Assembly (NCBI RefSeq): GCF_001194135.2
Contig: NC_068981.1
Location: forward strand, 88,760,040 to 88,824,039
Direction of reading: 5' to 3'
From: Octopus bimaculoides
Taxonomy: Eukaryota
DNA length: 64,000 nucleotides
The notes under the pieces are model-generated. The model did no database searches and had not been told where the DNA came from. It worked only from the letters and a program-made list of their open reading frames with translations. A program made the translations under genes and the position numbers. Shown piece by piece: positions 54,806 to 64,000 of this stretch (position 1 is its first letter; each line of letters opens with the position of its first letter).

Positions 54806-55087
54806 TACCAACTTTGACCCTCCGTAAATCCGAAATTTTATTTTGAATTTTGTGGAAGCAACTATCTTCGAAGACTCATATAGTCGTTCAATGCTCGAAA
54901 TGAGGAGCAGATGGACAGCCGACAACTGATGAAGGGTCGTTCTTTATGTTATTTGTACTGTTTTACATTTGTTTCTCTCGTTTGCATAGTCAACTCATTT
55001 GTTTTCGTATTTCCTGTTGTTTACGGTTTGTGACGTCCTGTACCTATACATGCATATGTATATATATATATATATATATATATGTAA

Positions 55088-55310
55088 ATTTATCAGAGAA
55101 CTGTTATTCAAAGTTTCACGTTCCCGTTCGTTGGACAGTTGTGATAAATATTTAAATAAGTATTTATCACTACTGTCCAACGAACGGAAACGGGAAACTC
55201 TGAGTAACTGTTCTGTGATAATTTTGCAGCTTTAATAAAAAGCACATTAGTCTACCTTTGGTATTCGAGTAGTATTTTTTCCACCTCGTTTTGTATTTAT
55301 GTGCTCACCT
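55088..55310. mobile_element. Palindromic double-hammerhead element (copy 2)
   Basis: Hairpin 55088-55223 with a 10-nt loop; HHR-like arms 55099-55140 (-) and 55171-55212 (+); tail homologous to 6664-6742; follows (TA)n. Confidence 0.82.
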
Positions 55311-55339
55311 GCGTGTGCGTGTGTTGCCATATACAGGCA

Positions 55340-56064
55340 TATTTAGCAGAGGACATACCACCGACTCAGTCATATCTTTAGACATTCTATGACTTTGCAA
55401 GGTTAGGTCAATCTGGAACAATATGGTTAATTGCTTTGTTTGTACTAATTACACATTTAGCACTTACGTTACCGTATTGTGTCATCGTTTTTATTGTTGA
55501 AGTCGATTCTGGCTAGGTCTTGATCATGTTCATGTAAATTCTAACCGTTCATTTCTACTTTCAATCCATTATTGGCTTCTAGTGAGGCTTATTGTTCTTT
55601 GTCGTGTTTTGCGGTTTATTTGTCATTGCATCATTTTTGTCTTCAATTATTCTTTAATATATCTTAGAATTCCGTTATGATTGTATCATTTTATTTTTTC
55701 TTTTAAACTATTTTCTGCTCATTTGTTCCTTAGACATTTGTTGTCGGTGTAGTTAGCTTCTAGCTATATATTTAGTTTTCCTTCGTTTGCCGCATAGTAT
55801 ATTTCAGATTCCATTTTAGTTACTTTATAGTAATTCCCTATTTGCATCAAAACTTGATCCACTTCGGTGAGATGTAGATATATACTACATATATTGGTTT
55901 CAAGGCCAGTAATTTCAGGGAAGGGTCCTAGTTGATTATGTCGACCCCAGTGCTCAACTGGTACTTATTTTAGGAACTCCGAAAGGATGGAAGACCTCAG
56001 AGGAATTTGAACTCAGAAGTAAATACGAAAGAAATGCCGCTAAGCATTTTCTCGCCTTATATCC

Positions 56065-56113
<49 letters not shown>

Positions 56114-57370
56114 TAGCAAAGCATTTTTCTGCCAGCTTACCATTTTATATCCTATATATATTAGCTTTAGTACAGAGGTTGTAGTTTGCCACGTATTCTG
56201 TCTGTGCTCTTCAATTTACTTAACTTCTGATTTTATTATGCTGCAGCTGTAGTCTATGACTTGGATTTCAGTTGTATGTACATCTGTTATATTACATGTA
56301 GCATTGATTCACTATTCTAATATCACCCTGACACTTCTGTCGTACACTTTTCTCATTGCCTACTTCCTGTGTGCAATATATTACCAGCTTTTACGTATTC
56401 AAATATTTGTATGAATGGTCCTCTTTTCATTCTCTGAATTAAGTATCTAGATCTAATCTAACCTTCTCAGTTTTAGTTACATTCCCTCGTCTTGTAGCAG
56501 TTGCGACTGATACGTGTGTTCTCTATTCAAATTTACATCCTGAATTCCAAGCGGATTTCGATACTTTCTCCGGATAAGTATTGTCCTTTTATAATAGTTT
56601 TACATCATCGCCATAGAGATTATGGTTCATATTTTGCCTGTAACATCTGAAACCATTACTGGTGGCAACATCTGAAACCTTTGCTGGTTTCATTCAGCAG
56701 ATGGGGGTTGGCAAGGCAGTGGTTAAAGAGTATATTTCCGAAATATTTCTCCTCTTATGAGCATAGGGTTGGTTTTAATTAAGTTGTTTTTAGCTATAGT
56801 AATATGATTGCTTTAATTTTAATATAACACGGCTGACATACTTTGTTGTCATTAGGACTGCAATGTTTATATAGAATAACTTCCGTACTCAAAAGTTTGG
56901 GATGCTATCAAATGCTTTCTAGTAATCGATTTATGCCATGCTAATGTCTGCTTTCTTAATGTCTTCTGTCTTTTATAATACCCTGGTTAACAAGAAACTA
57001 TCCCGTAAGGCTGTATATCCCGTTCCTGTACCTTATCTGTTTACTTGGAAAGATGTTACTGCTATCTACAGGAGACCATTCTGTTGTAGAGCATTGTTTT
57101 AAGGCCTTGATGACAATAATAGTTTTGTCGAATCGGTAGAGAATCTAGCAGTATGATATCACCCATCTCTCAACATAGACAACTTTAATCTCTAACCTCT
57201 TGGGGTGCGAAAATGAAATACCATATCAGTACAGATCGATTTAATCCCAAATAACCTCAAAGTAACATTTGAGATCCATTTATCGTTTCAGCACTCTGAG
57301 ATTGATACAAGAAACACATGTCGATACCTCGGGTCAATGTTATTCACTCTTCCCTCAACTAACCCATAAT
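55340..57370 (-). mobile_element. Decayed R4/Dong-like LINE interrupted by a SINE
   Basis: IDY*KAFDSIP, NLYGDDVKLL, EDHSYKYL, IQVIDYSCSIIKSEVK, AINHIVPD*PNLAKS..RYD*VG. Confidence 0.68.
55895..56050 (-). mobile_element. SINE family B inserted in the LINE relic
   Basis: CCAGTGCTCAACTGGTACTTATTT..GGAATTTGAACTCAGAAG..GAAATGCCGCTAAGCATTTT. Confidence 0.78.
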
Positions 57371-57401
57371 GTGTGTTTTTGTGCCATCATGACCACCAAC
57401 A

Positions 57402-57615
57402 AGACGGCGAGCTGTCAGAGTCGTTAGCACGGCGGGCAAAATGCTTAGCGGCATTTCGCCCATCTTTACGTTATGAGTTCAAATTCCGCTGAAGTCGACT
57501 GTGCCATCATCCTTCTGGGTTCGAAAATTTTAAGTACCAAGGAAACACTGGGGTCGATGTAATTGACTAGTCTCCTCCTCCAAAATTTCAGGACCCGTAC
57601 CTTTAATAGAAAAGG
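57402..57615 (+). mobile_element. SINE family B, tail type 2
   Basis: GACGGCGAGCTGTCAGAGTCGTTAGCACGGCGGGC..AAATTTCAGGACCCGTACCTTTAATAGAAAAGG. Confidence 0.87.
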
Positions 57616-57680
57616 TTATTACCACAAGCATTGTAGCTTATTTTGCTCACTTCTTCGGTTTTGACATTAGGTATACACAA

Positions 57681-57755
<75 letters not shown>

Positions 57756-58540
57756 AAGAGAGAGAGAAAGAGAGTGTGGGGAGAAAGTTTGAATAAGGAG
57801 AAGCCCAGAGAAAAATAAATTATGAAACGGGAAATATGGAAAATGAGCCGATAGGCAGATTATATCTACAATCAAATAATGGACATTAATGGATTTTGTG
57901 GCAACAGGTTTTGTGGCTCCTTTCAAAATTACAAGTTTTCTGTAGTCGAAAATCATCCACTACAACATCGTATCGATGATAAATGAATTGTAAAATGAAA
58001 AATGTGTTATCTCTGATTTACAAACTTCCTGTATCCGAAATGGAACATCCCTTCATCAATTCCTTAATTAAGTTGTCTGTACCAAATCTATTTCTTTTCA
58101 ATCACCTTCAGATATTGCCAACTATAACCTTAAAGAAAGAACTGAAGCAAACCATCGGAAAGGAACGTTAAATCAAGGTCAACATGTTTTGGATACTGTT
58201 ATGAATGCCATGTAAAGCAATAACCTAAGTCAAAATATTTCCTTTGTTAATTGTCGTACTGGATTCAGAAGCACATATTTCAATGGAACACATATTGAAT
58301 ACGTGGACGCATATTTTAATCAACCAGATGCCACTGTTGCACCTTTAGGAATGGCCGCACTGTTCTGTTAAAGAAAGAGATTCTACGATTTATTCAACAT
58401 TCCATATTTCAGTTTCCGTTGACTTCTATGTTGTTTGTAATATTGTTTGTCAACGCAAAGGAAAAATCCCAATAAAAACAGTAAAATAAATAAAATAAAT
58501 AGACAGTGGTTTCAGCCGTGGGAATGGGACACTGTAAATA

Positions 58541-59991
58541 CGCGGTCGTATCAAAAGGTTCCCAACAGATGGCAGCACAGTGATTTTCATGAGGCAGTGC
58601 GCCGAGTGATATCACTGTGTTTACTTCGCAAGTTGTGAAATTTGTGTTTTTGTGAACACGTGTATGCTGTAGTCTGCGATTTATGTCATAGACAGAACAA
58701 AGAACTAGCGTGCAATTTTGCGTTAAACAGAGACATTGAGCATGCTTTTGCAAGTTTGCAGCAACTAGGCAATGGGTCGTACGCAATGTTACGAGTGGCA
58801 CGGGTACTTCAAAAGCGAAAGAACGTCATTGGAAGACAATGAGTGATCTGGAAGACCTGCCACGAGCGTGATCCCCGAAAATGTGGTATTGTGAATTGAG
58901 AATTCGTCCTCCAGAGCCAGACCGTCAATCGAAAGTTCTCCGGCGACGTCTTGAAGCGTTTGAGGGAGAACATTCGGTGAAAGCAACAGGATCTATGTAG
59001 CGTGAGGAATTGGATTCTTCATGATGACAATACATCCTTTCACTGAGCTCTTCTCACTCGTGAGTTTCTCGAGGGGAACTAGCGCTTGGAAAGCAGGAGG
59101 GCGTTCCTCAAAGACGACGAGGGGTGTGGAAGACCTGCCACGAGCATCAACCCGAAGATGTAGAGAAAATTCATCAGCTCGTGCATGAGAACCGTTGTTG
59201 GTCTGTCGTATGTGTCAATGCAGGCAATCCTAACATGTGAATTGAGCAGGCGGCGTGTATCTGCCAAGTTTGCTCTCCCCCTGCTGACCACTGAACAGAA
59301 GGAACATCGCATCGAAATCTATCGGGGATCATCACCAGTGACGAGAGTTGGGTCTACGGGTACGACCCTGAGACGAAGCAGCAGTTGTCACAATGGAAGA
59401 ACCTTTCCTCTTCACGACCGAAGAAGGCATGACAGAGCCACAGTTCAATCAAGAGCATCCTCATTGATTTATCGACATACGCTGTATTGTGCATCGAGAA
59501 ATCTACTCCAAGGGTCAGACCGTCAATGGAGAGTTCTACCGCGATGTTTGGAAACATTTGAGGGCGGACATCCGGCGAAAGCGACCGGATCTGTGGTGTG
59601 CGAAGTATTGAATTCCTCACGATGACAATACACCCTGTCACTGAGCTATCCTCATTCGTGAGTTTCTCACCAATAACAGCATGGTATTGCCTCCGCACCC
59701 GCCCCATTTGCCAGATTTAGCACCTGCAGACTTCCATCTCTTCCTCAATGTGAAAATGCAGCTCAAAGATCGCCGTTTTAACACCGTTGTCGAGATTCAG
59801 AGAAAAATTGCAGAAGATACTCGACTCACAGTAAACGACTTCCAGGTCGGATTCTCAAAGTGACTGGATCGCTGGAACCGGTGTAGTGCTGCGCAAGGTC
59901 ACTATTTCGAAGGAAATGATGCTAAAACTTAGATAAATAAGTTATTTTTTATTAAACATAACTAGCCCGGGAACCTTTTGATACCATTTCG
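58541..59991 (+). mobile_element. mariner transposon relic with both TIRs and an internal duplication
   Basis: TIRs CGCGGTCGTATCAAAAGGTTCCC and GGGAACCTTTTGATACCATTTCG; ITSDESWVYGYDPETKQQLSQWK, HDDNTPCH, PDLAPADFHLF (mariner DDD motifs). Confidence 0.92.
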
Positions 59992-60039
59992 TGTCTAGGT
60001 AATTATTCAAAGATTTCCATCTCAAATTTCGATAGTTTT

Positions 60040-60855
60040 TTAAAAGGATTTCTTTCAGCGGCAAGCTCATACTCTTTCTAGGCGATTTTCGATTAACACT
60101 TGCTCCCATAAAGACAATTCACAAAGTTCAATCACGTACATTCTTTTTTTATTTGGAAAAAATTGACGAAATTTAGACTTTTCAAGATTATGAGATTTCA
60201 TAATAAAAATACTGATTTTTTAATTTACGTGTTGAACAAACAAGAGGATGGCAAGATTAAACTTCCAGATGATGTTGAAATTTTATCGAATAAATGTTGA
60301 ATGACAAAGCAAGTTTCGGCAAGCTTACTAGTTCCTTCGGTGCAATACTGTCCCCTGCCAATGACGTTGATTTTACAAATGAGAAAATTTTCAACACATT
60401 TGATGGAGAAACAATCACTGCGATGATGAAGACAATACATACAATTATCCAAACGAGTTTGTAAGCAGCACCTGTAATTTTGATGGAGTTTCCCTATAAT
60501 TTAATCTCGCAAAACGGATTGTTGTAATCCTATTAGAAAATTTAAATAAGGCTAATGCGTTTTCTAATGGAATAAGAATTCGAATATTCTAGTTATATAA
60601 ACACGCCTGAAAGCAGCATTGCTACAGAAAGTAATCATTATAGGTCATTCTGCCAAGAATTAAACTGAAACCCTATGATTTCACACTGCCATTTATTCTT
60701 ACGCAGTTACCACCCCCAGTTCAAGTAATTGAGTAAACCATTTTTTTCTCTTTTTTATTTTTAGCCCGAACGGTAGTTTGTTGTTATATCGAATACTTCT
60801 GTACTGTAGATGTCAAAAGTCGAAAACACTTAGTGTATACTGAATGTCTCCTGCT
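60040..60855 (+). mobile_element. Helitron Pif1-helicase relic
   Basis: SFSGKLILFLGDFR, GAILSPAND, YPNEFVSS, VILLENLNKANAFSNGIR, DFTLPFILTQLP, LVYTECL. Confidence 0.82.
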
Positions 60856-60879
60856 TTAAAATATTCAGAAATATTATAT

Positions 60880-61080
60880 CGTCAGGATACGTGTATATCT
60901 CTCCCTCTCCCGAATAACTTCTAAAAAACGAACTCTACTAATTCTTTCTACTGAAGTTCTTTTAACTCGTCTCTGATGCTGGGGTATCATTTATTTCCCT
61001 GAAAAAGCTGTAAGACTACCTTTCTATTTATAAATGTCCTAGGAATATCAAATTACCTTGGCCTTGTTATGTTATTTTAT
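60880..61080 (+). mobile_element. Penelope pLTR fragment with a hammerhead motif at 60969-61016
   Basis: gtct-CTGATGC-t-gggg(12 nt)ccct-GAA-AAAGCTGT-A-agac; 4 bp stem I, near-palindromic stem III. Confidence 0.65.
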
Positions 61081-61221
61081 TTAACATATAGACACTCACA
61101 CACGACCTGCCTTAGATTCCTCACTCATGCTATTATTGAACCGGGAGTTTAACAACGGTCCTTCTGTAGTAATTACATAACCTTACCTGCTTTTTGGTCT
61201 TCTGGATCCCAACATATCTCA

Positions 61222-61259
<38 letters not shown>

Positions 61260-61324
61260 AATATATATTTACATATGTACGTGCATTTGCTATGTTCACG
61301 TGCGCGCATGTGCATATGTGTGAT

Positions 61325-62130
61325 CACTGAGCAGCCTGCGTTGTCACGCATTGTCACGGTGAACGCGGATCGATTTCCGATTCTTGTTCTGTTTCTTTCT
61401 TTTAATGACTTCCTTAAGCCTTTTGAGTGTCTCCCTCCACGGCTCGCTGTTCACAGTTGAGTCACTTTTCAGAAAATGAAGGAGAATGACGCCATTGTAA
61501 TCAAAAAAAGCAGTCACGAAGACTTTCTCTGAAGATCGGTAGCTCTTGAATTGCTTAAGCTTTAGAAAAGTTGTGTGATGCTTTTCTATGGATCGTGCCT
61601 TTGTTTCCGAATCCTGAACATATGCCCATATTCCACGTCCTATCACCAGATCGGAAAAAAATCGTTGTCTTCAAACGCTTCAGAGCAGACATCCGGCCTT
61701 CTCTATTTTGCATCTGGTATCAACTGCCAAGATACCCACGTTTCACACATCTTCCGTTGTCCTAAGTCTTCCACCATGGTCTGTAATACATTGTGACCAC
61801 GGTGTAATAGCGCAAGAAGCTTATGGATTGTGACTCATTTGCCCGCACGAATCAATTCATCCACTCGCTGCATATCATTGGTCATCTTTTGTGTAGCCTC
61901 TCTTCAATGCTCTTGTTAATGGCACCACGTTTTTATACAAATCGATAACCTTCTGAGTATGTCAGCTATCCAACATCTCACCTTTGGTAAGAACTACATC
62001 ACAGAACGCCGCTTCTACTTGAAATCCGTTATTTGCTTGCAATACAGAACACGAAAAATGAGTTACTATAGAGTAAGTATTACTCTACGAATATGTACAA
62101 TTTGAACTGATACGCAAACATCAATTTGCT
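61325..62130 (-). mobile_element. mariner transposase relic, 3'-truncated
   Basis: IGRGIWAYVQDSETK, EKVFVTAFFDYNGVILLHFL..TVNSE..LKRLKEVIKRK..VHRDNA. Confidence 0.88.
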
Positions 62131-62209
62131 GTCGTGACACACAAGTCAGGAGTGCTTAAGTCAGGAAATATCCAGGCATATGAAAGAAACCATCATAATG
62201 TTAACTGAA

Positions 62210-62310
62210 GAAATTGTACAAACATGTTGGTGATGAGGAAAGTGTACAAATAAGTTGGTTATGAGAAAATTGCACAAATAACTTGGTGATGAGGAAAGTG
62301 TACAAATGCC
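62210..62310. repeat. ~28-bp minisatellite with alternating A/B units, about 3.5 copies
   Basis: GAAATTGTACAAACATGTTGGTGATGA / GGAAAGTGTACAAATAAGTTGGTTATGA / GAAAATTGCACAAATAACTTGGTGATGA / GGAAAGTGTACAAAT. Confidence 0.85.
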
Positions 62311-63319
62311 GTGGTTATTACTGAAGTGATAACATCCAGTACACACCATGGGAAAAGAAAACATCACAAACACATCCTATCCTCGAATACGCGACGCTTT
62401 GAAGTTTTAATTGAAATCGCAGAACGAGATTATTGCGATCAATAGTCTCGCAATGTCAGTCCCGAGGCAGACTGACCAAAATCAGAATATCTAGAATGAA
62501 AATTAATAAAATTAGCATTGAGTGAGTTGGACTCCCATGAAAGCATGCAAATTCATGGGATACGTGGAAGGTTAATGTAACAGCCAATGCACAGAATATA
62601 ATAATTTATCAAAGAAAAAGGAGGAAGCTTAATGAGTTGTCACTTAAAAACAGAACATCGAAGTGATATATATAATTGTAACTATAATTGTAAATTTGAT
62701 GAATATAGAATGAGCATCAGTAATTAAATTATGGGTGAGATTTTAATATTTGACACAAGGATTGGAAATTCCGTATATTACGTACAGTGCACCACCAAAG
62801 AGGCATGACCACCAGAAATGAAGGAGAGAATATTTGGTAAACGATAGGAAAGTGGTACGGTGTGTTCTAAAAATTAATGCGTCGATAAAGCGCCATTGAA
62901 AACGTGTCTCTGATATGTGTCAAGGTAACTAGGAGCTCAGTCATGTGAAAACTAGCAATGGTAAGTAATGAAAGAAATGTCGGTGTTGCAGTGCCGAGTT
63001 AGCGGTTACTTACGGCTGTGAGATGCATCTCTTCTGGTGCACATTTAACAGCGAGAATTAAGTCGTTGAGAATTGTCCTGTGGTTGTACATAGCACAGCA
63101 ATTACGATAACGTTTGATTCGCTAATAATTGTGTTGTTCTTTAATCTTTTCTTCATCAGCTTAGGGAATTTAAGCAAATACAATTCCTTGGTTTAAAGTG
63201 CAGTTATAACATGCCTACTCCAGTCGGTTATCGTCACCATAAAGCCTACAGCTCAACGTTGGTCTGAGATGAGAATTCCCTTGCGACATTTTCAGTCCTG
63301 ACATTTTGAAATTACAACG

Positions 63320-63378
<59 letters not shown>

Positions 63379-64000
63379 TCACACGTACACACAAGCACAC
63401 ATACATTATAAAAGTATGTGAGCATATACGTAAAATCGCATTAATTAAACATATACACACACATTGGAAGCCTACGCAGTCCTTTAACCTGCCAGAAATA
63501 GCAGACAATGCTCAAAATTGTATTGAGAACAATAAGAGAAAAAAGGCTGCAATAAAATCTCTGATTTAATGGTTTGTTTATTTCCTTGTTTTAAGATATT
63601 CAATAAATCGTGATATTTTTCACATACTTGCAATGCTGTCATAAATTGTACTATCGCAGTATATAGACCACGTATTGCCATTTAGTAAGCAAATCAACAA
63701 ATTTCTTTAATTACTTCATATATTATTTATGCTATGTAAATTATTTTCCTTGTCGAAATTGTGTCATGTTTTTATCATTAAATCAGAACCTGGGGAATAA
63801 GGAAAAAAGAAAAAAAAAACTGGAATGGACATTGGATAATATTATTCTCGAAAGACTAGGTAGCCCTCGCTTAGAAGGTTTTTCATCGTAGAGCTGTCTA
63901 AGGGCTAAATAACAAGATAACGAATACCAACAAGAACAACAAGAATAACAACTAAAACACAAATGTACTTCCTTGTTAGTAGTTTGCAAAAGAAAAGCGA

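Overview
AT-rich eukaryotic (animal) genomic DNA from a gapped short-read scaffold; nearly every N-run is flanked by a microsatellite. The SINE and microsatellite content resembles Octopus/cephalopod genomes (inference from recalled repeat families, no database search). No host gene could be identified with confidence, and the long ORFs in the supplied track are microsatellite or N-run artefacts. The window is a mosaic of decayed mobile elements: four tRNA-derived SINE families (one with about 17 copies and three alternative 3' tails), a CR1-like LINE 3' end, at least four R4/Dong-like (RLE-type) LINE relics, a Penelope-like retroelement (RT + GIY-YIG) with an inverted 3' copy, three mariner elements, Tc1, Tigger/pogo and Helitron relics, and two long foldback elements. 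The most interesting hidden layer is a set of Penelope-type minimal hammerhead ribozyme (HHR) motifs: five single, degenerate copies, all on the + strand, and two copies of a palindromic element whose arms are each an HHR on opposite strands. A weak chain of four phase-compatible minus-strand exons (31.5-36.7 kb) may mark an unidentified host gene.
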